A stretch of DNA of 32,000 nt, taken from an uncultured Actinomycetes bacterium. GTDB lineage: Bacteria > Actinomycetota > Actinomycetes > S36-B12 > CAIYMF01. Below are positions 1-8,993 of the stretch, in pieces. Below the pieces are notes generated by a model, which saw nothing but the letters and a program-made list of their open reading frames with translations, was not told the origin of the DNA and did no database searches. Location of the stretch: NCBI GenBank assembly GCA_963843975.1, contig CAWJMG010000003.1, forward strand, positions 540,001-572,000, given 5' to 3'. Position numbers and translations under genes: made by a program. Each line of letters opens with the position of its first letter. Position 1 is the first letter of the stretch.

Positions 1-1
1 C

Positions 2-283
2 TCCGCGGCCGCCTGCCTCCTCGCCCTCGTGGGTGGCGGCGTCGTGTCGTACGCCAAGGCGCGGGCCGAGAGCATCGGCGTCGAGTGCAACGTCGGCATC
101 GCCGAGCGCGCCGAGCGCGTGATCCTCCTGCTCGTCGCGACGTTCCTCACCGGCCTCGGCGTCCCCTTCGTGCTGCCCGTCGCCGTCTGGATCCTCGTCG
201 TGCTCACCTGGATCACCGTCGGTCAGCGGATCCTGCACGTGCGCCGCCAGCTGCGCACGGCCCCGACGGCGGACGCCGCATGA
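2..283 (+). CDS. pgsA: CDP-alcohol phosphatidyltransferase, C-terminal fragment (phosphatidylinositol-phosphate synthase PgsA1-like); the 5' end lies upstream of the window
   Basis: Frame 2 is open from the window edge. The translation ...LALVGGGVVSYAKARAESIGVECNVGIAERAERVILLLVATFLTGLGVPFVLPVAVWILVVL... is the hydrophobic C-terminus typical of this family. Stop TGA 281-283 overlaps the next ATG (ATGA). Position upstream of the acyltransferase and pimA matches the mycobacterial pgsA1-patA-pimA operon. Confidence 0.7.
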   Translation, partial: SAAACLLALVGGGVVSYAKARAESIGVECNVGIAERAERVILLLVATFLTGLGVPFVLPVAVWILVVLTWITVGQRILHVRRQLRTAPTADAA

Positions 284-1203
284 GCGCGCTCGTCGACCAG
301 ATCACCACGCTCGGCTTCGGCGCCGGGTGGTCGGTCGTCAAGCGGATGCCCGACCGGACGGCGTACGCCACCTTCGAGCGGCTCGCCGACACCTCCTGGG
401 CCCGGCGCGGACCGTCGGTGCGGCGGCTCGAGTCCAACATCCGCCGCATCGTCGGCCCGGACGTCACCGAGGAGGAGCTCCGAGTCCTGTCCAAGCAGGC
501 GATGCGGTCCTACCTCCGCTACTGGTGCGACGCGTTCCGCCTGCCGGGCTGGAGCCACGAGCGGATCGTCGAGTCCATCGGGATCATCGACGACCACCAC
601 CTTGCCGAGGGCCTCGCCACCGGTCGCGGCGTCGTCGTGGCGCTGCCGCACATGGGCAACTGGGACCACGCGGGAGCCTGGGCCACGCTCAAGCACTCGC
701 ACGTCGTCACCGTCGCCGAGCGGCTCAAGCCCGAGGACCTGTACGAGAAGTTCCTCGCCTTCCGCCGCGGTCTCGGGATGGACGTCATCCCGCTCACGGG
801 CGGCGAGCCCGTGTTCCCCTACCTCGCCGACCGTCTGCGCGAGGGCAACCTCGTCGCGCTGCTGGGTGACCGCGACCTGTCGAACTCCGGCGTCCCCGTT
901 CAGTTCTTCGGCGCGAAGGCCAAGATGCCGGCCGGTCCGGCGGCCCTCGCCGTCGACACCGGCGCTGTGCTCATCACGGCCTCGCTGTACCTCGAGGACG
1001 GCCGCAACTGGGTGCGCTTCCAGCCTCCGGTGCAGGTGCCCGAGGAGGGCGAGCGCTCGCGCCGCATCTTCCGCGCGACCCAGCTCGTGGCCGACAACTT
1101 CGAGGACAGCATCCGCGCCCGCCCGACCGACTGGCACATGATGCAGCGCCTCTGGGTCGACGACCTCGACCCCTCGAAGGCACCGAAGGCGTCCGGCGCA
1201 TGA
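280..1203 (+). CDS. patA: Phosphatidylinositol mannoside acyltransferase (LpxL/HtrB-type lysophospholipid acyltransferase family, PatA-like), 307 aa
   Basis: ATG at 280 overlaps the pgsA stop. HX4D acyltransferase motif in ALPHMGNWDHAG. Lies between pgsA and pimA, as Rv2611c does. The 85..279 part of the tracked ORF overlaps pgsA out of frame and is Arg/Pro-rich noise. Confidence 0.75.
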   Translation: MSALVDQITTLGFGAGWSVVKRMPDRTAYATFERLADTSWARRGPSVRRLESNIRRIVGPDVTEEELRVLSKQAMRSYLRYWCDAFRLPGWSHERIVESIGIIDDHHLAEGLATGRGVVVALPHMGNWDHAGAWATLKHSHVVTVAERLKPEDLYEKFLAFRRGLGMDVIPLTGGEPVFPYLADRLREGNLVALLGDRDLSNSGVPVQFFGAKAKMPAGPAALAVDTGAVLITASLYLEDGRNWVRFQPPVQVPEEGERSRRIFRATQLVADNFEDSIRARPTDWHMMQRLWVDDLDPSKAPKASGA

Positions 1204-2366
1204 AGGTCGGCATCGTCTGCCCGTACGACTGGTCGGCGCCCGGCGGCGTGCAGGTGCACATCCGCGACCTCGCCGTGGCGCTGCAGCGGCTGGGCCACGA
1301 GGTCAGCGTGCTCGCCCCCGCGGAGGACGAGACCGACCTCCCGCCGTACGTCGTGTCCACGGGCGGGGCCGTGTCCGTGGCCTACAACGGGTCGCGGGCC
1401 AAGGTCGCCCTCGGGCCGATCTCGACGCGACGCGTGCGGCGGTGGATCCGCGAGGGGCAGTTCGACGTCCTGCACATCCACGAGCCGCTCGCCCCGAGCC
1501 TGTCGATCCTGTCCTGCTGGGCCGCGAAGGGCCCGATCGTCGCCACCTGGCACTCGTCGATGGCACGGTCGCGCATCCTCGCGGCCGGCTTCTCGATCGG
1601 GCAGACCGCCCTGGAGAAGGTCTCGGCCCGCATCGCGGTGAGCGAGGCTGCCCGGCAGACCCTCGTCGAGCACATGGGCGGCGACGCCGTGCTCATCCCG
1701 AACGGCGTCGACTGCTCGCTCTTCGGCGAGGGGGAGCCGCTCGACGGCTGGCCGGGGGAGGGCGGCGCGCTCTTCTTCATCGGCCGCATCGACGAGCCGC
1801 GCAAGGGCCTGCAGGTCCTGCTCGCCGCCATGCCCGAGATCATCGCCGCGCACCCCGGCGTGCGGCTGCTGGTCGCCGGCCCCGGCGACGTCGAGGAGAT
1901 CGAGGGCGACCTCCCGCCCGAGGTCGCGGAGCACGTGACGTTCCTCGGCCTCGTCAGCGAGGAGACCAAGGCCAGCGCGTTCCTCTCGGCCGACGTCTAC
2001 GTCGCTCCGAACACCGGCGGCGAGAGCTTCGGCATCGTGCTGCTCGAGGCGATGGCGAGCGGCACGCCTGTGCTCGCGAGCGATCTCGAGGCGTTCCGCC
2101 GCGTCACCGACGAGGGTCGAGCCGGAGGCTCGTTCGCCAACGAGGACCCTGCCGACCTCGCGCGCGCCGCGATCGCGCTGCTCTCGGACGCGGCGGAGCG
2201 CGCACGGCTGCGCCAGGAGGGCCTCCTGCGGGCCCAGGAGTTCGACTGGGAGACGGTCGCCAAGCGGGTCGTCGAGGTCTACGAGTCCGTCACGGTGACC
2301 GGCGAGAAGGTCACCGAGGACCTCCGTGGCCAGCTCGTCGGCCGACTCGCGCGGGGCGGTGGCTGA
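1200..2366 (+). CDS. pimA: GT4-family glycosyltransferase, phosphatidylinositol alpha-mannosyltransferase PimA-like, 388 aa
   Basis: ATGA overlap with the upstream gene. N-terminus MKVGIVCPYDWSAPGGVQVHI. EX7E-type motif in GESFGIVLLEAMASGTPVLASD. Synteny with pgsA and patA. Confidence 0.8.
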   Translation: MKVGIVCPYDWSAPGGVQVHIRDLAVALQRLGHEVSVLAPAEDETDLPPYVVSTGGAVSVAYNGSRAKVALGPISTRRVRRWIREGQFDVLHIHEPLAPSLSILSCWAAKGPIVATWHSSMARSRILAAGFSIGQTALEKVSARIAVSEAARQTLVEHMGGDAVLIPNGVDCSLFGEGEPLDGWPGEGGALFFIGRIDEPRKGLQVLLAAMPEIIAAHPGVRLLVAGPGDVEEIEGDLPPEVAEHVTFLGLVSEETKASAFLSADVYVAPNTGGESFGIVLLEAMASGTPVLASDLEAFRRVTDEGRAGGSFANEDPADLARAAIALLSDAAERARLRQEGLLRAQEFDWETVAKRVVEVYESVTVTGEKVTEDLRGQLVGRLARGGG

Positions 2367-2368
2367 CC

Positions 2369-2941
2369 GTGCAGCTCACGACCCTCACCGACATCCTCAT
2401 CGTCGTCCTCGTCCTCGGGGCCGTGACGGTGTACCTCTCCTCGCTCGCCGGCCGTCTCGACCGGCTGCACCGCAAGATCGAGACCGCGCATGCCGCCCTC
2501 GACGCCCAGCTGCTGCGCCGGGTCGCGGCCACGCAGGACCTCGCGTCCTCCGGCCTGATGGACCCCGCCTCGGCGCTGGTGCTGTCCTCGGCCGCGCAGT
2601 CGGCGTTCGTGGTCGACCCCGAGGACGACGCCCGCCGGTCCCTGGTCGAGAGCGAGCTCACCCGCACGCTCGGCACGGTGTTCGAGTCCCGCGAGGACGC
2701 CGACGACGTCGTCGAGGCTGCCGGGCCCGATGCCGCCGTGGCCGACCAGCTCCTCGAGGAGCTCGCGGTGGCCTGCCGCCGCGTCGAGCTGGCGCGCCGG
2801 TTCCACAACGACGTCGTCCGCAGCTGCCTCGACCTGCGGCGCCGCCGGATCTCCCGCTGGTTCCGGCTCGCCGGTCACACTCCGCTGCCGGCGCCGATCG
2901 ACTTCGACGACACACCCCCGGCGGGCCTCGCGACTCGCTGA
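2369..2941 (+). CDS. Membrane-anchored hypothetical protein with weak LemA-like features, 190 aa
   Basis: GTG at 2369, 2 nt after the pimA stop. N-terminal TM helix ILIVVLVLGAVTVYLSSLAG followed by a helical region. The C-terminal stretch ELARRFHNDVVRSCLDLRRRRISRWFRLAG resembles the LemA C-terminal RxxYN..V..YN..I..FP pattern only loosely. High third-position GC in this frame. Only the last 190 codons of tracked ORF 1442..2941 are credible. Confidence 0.5.
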   Translation: MQLTTLTDILIVVLVLGAVTVYLSSLAGRLDRLHRKIETAHAALDAQLLRRVAATQDLASSGLMDPASALVLSSAAQSAFVVDPEDDARRSLVESELTRTLGTVFESREDADDVVEAAGPDAAVADQLLEELAVACRRVELARRFHNDVVRSCLDLRRRRISRWFRLAGHTPLPAPIDFDDTPPAGLATR

Positions 2942-3007
2942 CCCGGACCGGTTTACAGTCGCTGCGGGCCCGCACCTTCGTCGGGCCCGGAGATCGGGGA
3001 GACCACT

Positions 3008-4075
3008 GTGCGGGCGCGACGGACCACCATCACCCTCTCTGCGACGGTCCTCACGGCCGCAGCACTCGTGCTGAGCGGATGCTCGAGCAGCGACCCGGCA
3101 CCGGGTGGGACGGACACCGGCGGCGCCTCGCCGAGCGCCACGAGCAGCGACGACGGCGCCTCCCCGGAGGCCTCGCCCACCGGCGACCAGATGCCGGCGG
3201 ACGCGTCGCCGTTGTCGGGGCGCGCGGGCGGGGCGGGCAAGCCCACCATCATCGTGAAGTTCGACAACACCCCGAACGCCCAGCCCCACTCCGGGATCAA
3301 GAAGGCCGACGTCGTCTACGTCGAGGAGGTCGAGTACGGCCTCACCCGCCTCGCCGCCGTGTTCGCCACCGACCTGCCGAAGGTCGTCGGCCCGATCCGC
3401 AGCGCGCGCATCTCGGACCTCGACCTCTTCGCGAACTACGGCACCCCCGCGTTCTCGTACTCCGGCGCGCAGCACAAGCTGCGCCCGTTCATCGCGGCGT
3501 CCGCCCTCATCGACGTCAGCGGCGACCAGGGCCCGTACGGCTACTTCCGCGACAACGGCCGTCGCGCGCCGTACAACTTCATGGGCTACCCGGACAAGCT
3601 GATCAAGCGGGCCAAGACCGCGTCCGAGGCGCCGCAGATCGGCTTCCAGTTCAGCAAGGCCGCGCCCGAGGGCGGCAAGGCCGTGCAGAAGATCACCGCG
3701 ACCTACCCGTCGTCGTCGGCGCAGTTCCTCTGGAACGCCAAGAGCGGCGGGTACGACGTCCGCCTCAACGGCTCGCCCGCCCGCGCGACCGAGGGCGGCA
3801 CGCAGCGCGCCACGACCGTCGTCATCCAGTACGTGAAGCAGTACGACTCGGGCTTCGGCGACAAGTTCGGCGGCCGCACGCCCAAGGAGGAGACCATCGG
3901 CACCGGCAAGGGCTGGGTCTTCCGCAACGGCAAGGCGTACAAGGTCACCTGGAGCCGTCCGGACAAGAAGTCGCCGACGCAGTTCGTTGGCGCCGACGGC
4001 CAGGTGGTGACCTTCGCGCCCGGCCAGGTGTGGGTCGCGCTCGTCAACCGCACCAAGCCGGTCACGATCGCCTAG
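3008..4075 (+). CDS. DUF3048 (YerB-like) domain lipoprotein, 355 aa
   Basis: GTG start preceded by GGGGAG. Signal peptide with lipobox LVLSGC. S/T/P/D-rich linker. Then KPTIIVKFDNTPNAQPHSGIKKADVVYVEEVEYGLTRLAAVF, characteristic of DUF3048. Confidence 0.7.
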   Translation: MRARRTTITLSATVLTAAALVLSGCSSSDPAPGGTDTGGASPSATSSDDGASPEASPTGDQMPADASPLSGRAGGAGKPTIIVKFDNTPNAQPHSGIKKADVVYVEEVEYGLTRLAAVFATDLPKVVGPIRSARISDLDLFANYGTPAFSYSGAQHKLRPFIAASALIDVSGDQGPYGYFRDNGRRAPYNFMGYPDKLIKRAKTASEAPQIGFQFSKAAPEGGKAVQKITATYPSSSAQFLWNAKSGGYDVRLNGSPARATEGGTQRATTVVIQYVKQYDSGFGDKFGGRTPKEETIGTGKGWVFRNGKAYKVTWSRPDKKSPTQFVGADGQVVTFAPGQVWVALVNRTKPVTIA

Positions 4076-4249
4076 CCACCGCCGAGCTCCTGCGCCTGCT
4101 CCGACCGGGAGCGGGTCGGCTCGGCCGTGCTCCGCACCGGCGCGGAGGCGCCGAGCGCCCGGCCCGGTATCCTGGGCACCGGACGCCGATCCGGCGTCAG
4201 AACCGACGGGCCCCTCCCCGGGGCCGCCCCGACTGACCCGAGGTCCTCC

Positions 4250-5158
4250 ATGTCCGTCCAGCCCGAGTCCACCACCCCCGAGACCGGCACCGCGCGCGTG
4301 AAGCGCGGCATGGCCGAGATGCTCAAGGGGGGCGTGATCATGGACGTCGTCAACGCCGACCAGGCCAAGATCGCCGAGGACGCCGGAGCCGTGGCCGTCA
4401 TGGCCCTCGAGCGCGTGCCCGCGGACATCCGTGCCGAGGGCGGAGTGTCGCGCATGAGCGACCCCGACATGATCGACAAGATCATCGAGGCCGTCTCTAT
4501 CCCCGTCATGGCCAAGGCCCGCATCGGCCACTTCGTCGAGGCCCAGGTGCTGCAGACCCTCGGTGTCGACTACATCGACGAGTCCGAGGTCCTCACCCCG
4601 GCCGACTACGCCAACCACATCGACAAGTGGCCCTTCACGGTGCCGTTCGTCTGCGGCGCGACCAACCTCGGCGAGGCCCTGCGCCGCATCAACGAGGGCG
4701 CGGCGATGATCCGCTCCAAGGGCGAGGCCGGCACCGGCGACGTCTCCAACGCCACCAAGCACATGCGCACGATCCGCGCCGAGATCAACCGCCTGTCGTC
4801 GATGGCCGAGGACGAGCTGTACGTCGCCGCGAAGGAGCTGCAGGCGCCGTACGAGCTGGTCGTGGAGACCGCGCGCCTCGGCCGCCTCCCTGTGGTGATG
4901 TTCACCGCCGGCGGCATCGCCACCCCGGCCGACGCCGCGATGATGATGCAGCTCGGCGCCGACGGCGTGTTCGTGGGCTCGGGCATCTTCAAGAGCGGCA
5001 ACCCGGCCGAGCGCGCCAACGCCATCGTCCAGGCCACGCTGCACTACGACGACGCCTCGATCGTCGCCAAGGTGAGCCGCGGTCTCGGCGAGGCCATGGT
5101 CGGCATCAACGTCGCCGACATCCCCGTGCACCACCGTCTCGAGGACCGTGGCTGGTGA
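4250..5158 (+). CDS. pdxS: Pyridoxal 5'-phosphate synthase, lyase subunit PdxS, 302 aa
   Basis: [67 protein letters not shown] and the rest align by eye along the whole length with PdxS/SnzP. ATG 4250 was chosen inside the longer tracked ORF (4127). Confidence 0.93.
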   Translation: MSVQPESTTPETGTARVKRGMAEMLKGGVIMDVVNADQAKIAEDAGAVAVMALERVPADIRAEGGVSRMSDPDMIDKIIEAVSIPVMAKARIGHFVEAQVLQTLGVDYIDESEVLTPADYANHIDKWPFTVPFVCGATNLGEALRRINEGAAMIRSKGEAGTGDVSNATKHMRTIRAEINRLSSMAEDELYVAAKELQAPYELVVETARLGRLPVVMFTAGGIATPADAAMMMQLGADGVFVGSGIFKSGNPAERANAIVQATLHYDDASIVAKVSRGLGEAMVGINVADIPVHHRLEDRGW

Positions 5159-5778
5159 CCTCCGCTCCGACCGGGGCTGACGCCCTCGTCGGGGTCCTCG
5201 CCCTGCAGGGCGACTTCCGCGAGCACGAGCGCGCCCTGGCGGCGTGCGGCGCGCCCACGCGACGGATCCGCACCGTCGAGGACCTCGAGGGCATCGCCGC
5301 GCTCGTCGTCCCCGGCGGCGAGTCCACGACGATGAGCAACCTCGCACTGCGCTGGGGGCTCATGGAGCCCTTGCGCGAGCTGGTCCGCGGCGGGCTCCCG
5401 GCGTACGGGTCCTGCGCGGGCATGATCATGCTCGCCGACCGCATCGTGGGCGGCCGTCCCGACCAGGAGACCATCGGCGGCCTGGACGTCACCGTGCTCC
5501 GCAACGCCTTCGGCCGGCAGGTCGACTCGTTCGAGGCGGACCTGTCGATCCCGGCCTTCGGCGCCGAGCCCATGCACGCGGTGTTCATCCGCGCGCCGTG
5601 GGTGGAGCAGGCGGGCCCCGAGGTCCAGGTGCTGGGCACGGTCCCGAGCGGCCCGGCCGCCGGTAAGATCGTCGCGGTCCGGCAGGGTCACCTGCTCGCG
5701 ACCTCCTTCCACCCCGAGCTGACCGGGGACACCCGCGTGCATCAGTACTTCGTCGAGATGGTGAGAGAGCAGGCATGA
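5155..5778 (+). CDS. pdxT: Pyridoxal 5'-phosphate synthase, glutaminase subunit PdxT, 207 aa
   Basis: GTG 5155 overlaps the pdxS stop (GTGA). [17 protein letters not shown]...PGGESTT...[10 protein letters not shown]...[11 protein letters not shown] contains the class I glutamine amidotransferase Cys and His/Glu region. Confidence 0.9.
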   Translation: MTSAPTGADALVGVLALQGDFREHERALAACGAPTRRIRTVEDLEGIAALVVPGGESTTMSNLALRWGLMEPLRELVRGGLPAYGSCAGMIMLADRIVGGRPDQETIGGLDVTVLRNAFGRQVDSFEADLSIPAFGAEPMHAVFIRAPWVEQAGPEVQVLGTVPSGPAAGKIVAVRQGHLLATSFHPELTGDTRVHQYFVEMVREQA

Positions 5779-6530
5779 GCGGCCACTCCAAGTGGGCGAC
5801 CACCAAGCACAAGAAGGCCGCGATCGACGCCAAGCGCGGCAAGCTGTTCGCCAAGCTGATCAAGAACATCGAGGTGGCGGCGCGGACCGGCGGCGGCGAC
5901 CCCGCAGCCAACCCGACGCTGTACGACGCCATCTACAAGGCGAAGAAGAGCTCGGTCCCCAACGACAACATCGACCGCGCCGTCAAGCGCGGCTCCGGTG
6001 CCGAGGCGGGCGGGGCCGAGTACGCCACGATCATGTACGAGGGCTACGGCCCGAACGGCGTCGCGGTGCTCATCGAGTGCCTCACCGACAACCGCAACCG
6101 CGCTGCGGCCGAGGTCCGCGTGGCCATGACCCGCAACGGCGGCTCGATGGCCGACCCGGGCTCGGTGGCCTACCTCTTCGCCCGTCGCGGCGTCGTGATC
6201 GTGCCGAAGAACGGCCTGTCCGAGGACGACGTGCTCGGCGCGGTGCTCGACGCGGGTGCCGAGGAGGTCAACGACCTCGGTGAGTCCTTCGAGGTCGTCT
6301 CGGCCGCGTCCGACGTCGTCGCCGTCCGCACGGCGCTCGTCGACGCCGGCATCGACTACGAGTCGGCCGACACCCCGTTCCTGCCGAGCATGCAGGTGCC
6401 CCTCGACGAGGACGGCGCCCGCAAGATGTTCCGGCTCATCGACGCGCTCGAGGACAGCGACGACGTGCAGAACGTCTTCGCCAACTTCGACGTGGCCGAC
6501 GACGTCATGGAGTCTCTCGACGCCGAGTGA
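5775..6530 (+). CDS. yebC: YebC/PmpR (TACO1) family protein, 251 aa
   Basis: [37 protein letters not shown] is the signature N-terminus of the family. ATGA overlap with pdxT. Confidence 0.92.
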   Translation: MSGHSKWATTKHKKAAIDAKRGKLFAKLIKNIEVAARTGGGDPAANPTLYDAIYKAKKSSVPNDNIDRAVKRGSGAEAGGAEYATIMYEGYGPNGVAVLIECLTDNRNRAAAEVRVAMTRNGGSMADPGSVAYLFARRGVVIVPKNGLSEDDVLGAVLDAGAEEVNDLGESFEVVSAASDVVAVRTALVDAGIDYESADTPFLPSMQVPLDEDGARKMFRLIDALEDSDDVQNVFANFDVADDVMESLDAE

Positions 6531-6544
6531 GACGGCGTGGCGCG

Positions 6545-6573
6545 GTGACCTGCCGGGGGAGCGCGGCTAGGAT
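6545..6573 (+). promoter_or_regulatory. Candidate sigma-A type promoter for ruvCAB (-35 GTGACC, 17-nt spacer, -10 TAGGAT)
   Basis: GTGACC at 6545-6550 and TAGGAT at 6568-6573 (TANNNT pattern) in the 85-bp yebC-ruvC gap. AGGAGGA RBS at about 6603-6609 precedes GTG 6616. Hexamers were matched by eye only. Confidence 0.45.
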
Positions 6574-6589
6574 CCGAACACCTGTTCGG
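6574..6589. promoter_or_regulatory. LexA (SOS) box, CCGAAC-ACCT-GTTCGG
   Basis: Perfect 16-bp palindrome containing GAAC-N4-GTTC, the Gram-positive/mycobacterial SOS-box core (TCGAAC-N4-GTTCGA). It lies immediately downstream of the candidate -10 and 27 nt upstream of the ruvC start. ruvC is a known LexA-regulon member in mycobacteria. Confidence 0.75.
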
Positions 6590-6615
6590 TCACCGTTCAC
6601 CCAGGAGGACGACGC

Positions 6616-7212
6616 GTGCGCGTGCTCGGAGTCGACCCCGGCCTCACCCGCTGCGGTGTCGGCGTGGTCGACGGCGCCCCCGGGCGCCGGGTGAGCCTCG
6701 TGCGCGTGGACGTCGTCCGCACGTCGGCCGACCTCGACCTCGCCAGCCGGCTCCTCGCCATCGAGCAGGGTATCGAGGCCATCCTCGACGCCACCCAGCC
6801 GGACGCCGTGGCCGTCGAGCGGGTCTTCGCCCAGCACAACGTCCGCACCGTGATGGGCACGGCGCAGGCCGGTGCGCTCGCCATCGCCGCAGCGGCCCGC
6901 CGAGGCATCCCCGTGGCGCTGCACACGCCCAGCGAGGTCAAGGCCGCGGTCACCGGCCAGGGCCGCGCCGACAAGGACCAGGTCGCCCTCATGGTCATGC
7001 GCCTGCTCGGCCTCGACGCCGCGCCCAAGCCTGCCGACGCCTCCGACGCCCTCGCCCTGGCCATCTGCCACCTCTGGCGCGGCGACACCTCGGCCCGACT
7101 CGCCGCGGCGGCCGCTGCCGCACCGAAGTCGCGCATCCCCCGCACGGCGGCGGCCGCGCGCACCGCGCCCGGCCGTCGGATCGCCGTGCCCCCGGTGCGA
7201 GGCGTCTCGTGA
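6616..7212 (+). CDS. ruvC: Crossover junction endodeoxyribonuclease RuvC, 198 aa
   Basis: [18 protein letters not shown]... (catalytic Asp in the GVDPG motif), ...[20 protein letters not shown]...[13 protein letters not shown]. Confidence 0.92.
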   Translation: MRVLGVDPGLTRCGVGVVDGAPGRRVSLVRVDVVRTSADLDLASRLLAIEQGIEAILDATQPDAVAVERVFAQHNVRTVMGTAQAGALAIAAAARRGIPVALHTPSEVKAAVTGQGRADKDQVALMVMRLLGLDAAPKPADASDALALAICHLWRGDTSARLAAAAAAAPKSRIPRTAAAARTAPGRRIAVPPVRGVS

Positions 7213-7811
7213 TCGCCTTCGTGCGCGGCCACGTCGTGTCGGCCGGCGCCAGCACGGCGGTGCTCGACGTCTGCGGCGTCGGCTACGAGCTCCAGTGCAC
7301 CCCGCGCACGCTCGCCTCGTTGCGCGTCGGGCACGAGGCCACGCTGGCCGCCACCATGGTCGTGCGCGAGGACTCCATGACCCTGTTCGGCTTCGCCGAC
7401 TCCGACGAGCGCGCCGTCTTCGAGAAGCTCCAGTCGGTCACGGGCGTCGGTCCGCGCCTCGCGCAGGCGCTGCTCGCCGCGCACACGCCCGACTCGCTGC
7501 GCCTCGCCGTCGCCACCGAGGACGTCAAGGCCCTGACCCGCGTGTCCGGCGTCGGCACCAAGGGTGCCCAGCGCCTGGTGCTCGAGCTCAAGGACAAGCT
7601 CGGTGCCCCCAGCGGCGCGATCGTCGACCTCACGCCCGGCAGCGGTGCCGGCCCGGTCTGGCAGGGCCAGGTCCACTCGGCCCTCGTCGGCCTCGGCTGG
7701 TCCGCCCGCGAGGCCGACGACGCCGTCGCCGCCGTGGCGGAGGAGGCCGCGCCCGACGCCGACGTCGCGACGGTCCTGCGCCTCGCCCTGCGCTCGCTGG
7801 ACCGCGCATGA
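7209..7811 (+). CDS. ruvA: Holliday junction DNA helicase subunit RuvA, 200 aa
   Basis: GTGA overlap with ruv[10 protein letters not shown]...GVGYEL...FGF...[23 protein letters not shown]...[22 protein letters not shown] (helix-hairpin-helix motifs). Confidence 0.92.
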   Translation: MIAFVRGHVVSAGASTAVLDVCGVGYELQCTPRTLASLRVGHEATLAATMVVREDSMTLFGFADSDERAVFEKLQSVTGVGPRLAQALLAAHTPDSLRLAVATEDVKALTRVSGVGTKGAQRLVLELKDKLGAPSGAIVDLTPGSGAGPVWQGQVHSALVGLGWSAREADDAVAAVAEEAAPDADVATVLRLALRSLDRA

Positions 7812-8887
7812 CCTACGACGACGGCTCGTACGACGCCTCGCCCGAGGACCGGATCCTGGCTCCCGAGGCCGGCTCGGAGGAGGCCGCGCTCGAGTCCGCG
7901 CTCCGGCCGCGCACCCTGGACACCTTCATCGGGCAGCAGCGGGTCAAGGACCAGCTCGGCCTCGTCCTGGAGGCGGCGACGGCGCGCGGCCGTGCCGCCG
8001 ACCACGTGCTGCTCGCCGGCCCGCCCGGTCTCGGGAAGACCACGCTCTCGATGATCATCGCCGCAGAGCTCGGCATGCCGCTGCGCGTCACGAGCGGCCC
8101 GGCGCTGCAGCACGCCGGCGACCTCGCGGCCGTGCTGTCGAGCCTCGTGCCCGGCGAGGTGCTGTTCCTCGACGAGATCCACCGGATGTCCCGCGCGGCC
8201 GAGGAGATGCTGTACCTCGCGATGGAGGACTTCCGGGTCGACATCATCGTGGGCAAGGGGCCGGGCGCGACTGCCATCCCGCTCGAGCTCCCGCCGTTCA
8301 CCCTGGTCGGGGCGACCACCCGCGCGGGTCTGCTGCCCGGTCCGCTGCGCGACCGGTTCGGGTTCACGGCGCACATGGACTTCTACGACGCGTCCGACCT
8401 CGAGCTGATCCTGGCCCGCAGCGCCACCCTGCTCGACGTGCCGCTCGCAGCCGACGCGGCCGTGGAGATCGCCGGCCGCAGCCGCGGCACGCCCCGCGTG
8501 GCCAACCGCCTGCTGCGCCGCGTGCGCGACTTCGCCCAGGTCCGCGCCGACGGTCACGTCGACCTCGAGGTCGCCCACGCAGCCCTCACGCTGTACGAGG
8601 TCGACCAGATCGGGCTCGACCGCCTCGACCGCGCCGTGCTGGACGCGCTGCTGCGCAAGTTCGGCGGGGGTCCGGTCGGCCTGTCCACCCTCGCGGTCGC
8701 CGTCGGGGAGGAGTCCGAGACCGTCGAGACGGTCTGCGAGCCGTTCCTCGTGCGCGCCGGTCTCCTGGCCCGCACCCCGCGGGGCCGGATCGCCACCCCC
8801 GCAGCCTGGGCGCACCTCGGCCTGGCCGCGCCGGCCGGCTCCGCGGCGGCCGCCGTCGCGCTGCCGTTCGAGGACGACGAGACCTGA
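7808..8887 (+). CDS. ruvB: Holliday junction branch-migration ATPase RuvB, 359 aa
   Basis: ATGA overlap with ruv[20 protein letters not shown]...[13 protein letters not shown] (Walker A)...LFLDEIHR (Walker B)...[18 protein letters not shown]. Confidence 0.95.
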   Translation: MTYDDGSYDASPEDRILAPEAGSEEAALESALRPRTLDTFIGQQRVKDQLGLVLEAATARGRAADHVLLAGPPGLGKTTLSMIIAAELGMPLRVTSGPALQHAGDLAAVLSSLVPGEVLFLDEIHRMSRAAEEMLYLAMEDFRVDIIVGKGPGATAIPLELPPFTLVGATTRAGLLPGPLRDRFGFTAHMDFYDASDLELILARSATLLDVPLAADAAVEIAGRSRGTPRVANRLLRRVRDFAQVRADGHVDLEVAHAALTLYEVDQIGLDRLDRAVLDALLRKFGGGPVGLSTLAVAVGEESETVETVCEPFLVRAGLLARTPRGRIATPAAWAHLGLAAPAGSAAAAVALPFEDDET

Positions 8888-8993
8888 TCCGGCGGCCGTC
8901 CGGGGCATTCTGCAGCGCGCCGGACCGTTCCGATCGAGCACTTACACTTCCGGGGATGGGTCGCATCCGCTGCGGCCCGAGACGAGGATCCCC

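Noticed and set aside
85-279. N-terminal extension of the acyltransferase ORF (tracked start at 85)
   Set aside because: It overlaps the pgsA coding frame and translates to Arg/Pro-rich junk. ATG 280, in an ATGA overlap with the pgsA stop, gives the conserved N-terminus MSALVDQITTLGFGAGW.
4076-4249. The 174-bp region upstream of pdxS considered as a riboswitch or leader
   Set aside because: It contains only short 6-bp hairpins (CCGACC/GGTCGG, GACGCC/GGCGTC). I recognise no known riboswitch consensus, and no riboswitch class is established for pdxST. It probably holds a terminator for the lipoprotein gene plus the pdxS promoter.
2279-5347. 1022-aa ORF on the minus strand spanning the LemA-like, DUF3048 and pdxS genes
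   Set aside because: It is antisense to three well-supported plus-strand genes. Its translation is Arg/Gly/Ala/Asp/His low-complexity with no recognisable motif. This is the typical stop-codon-poor mirror frame of a very GC-rich genome.
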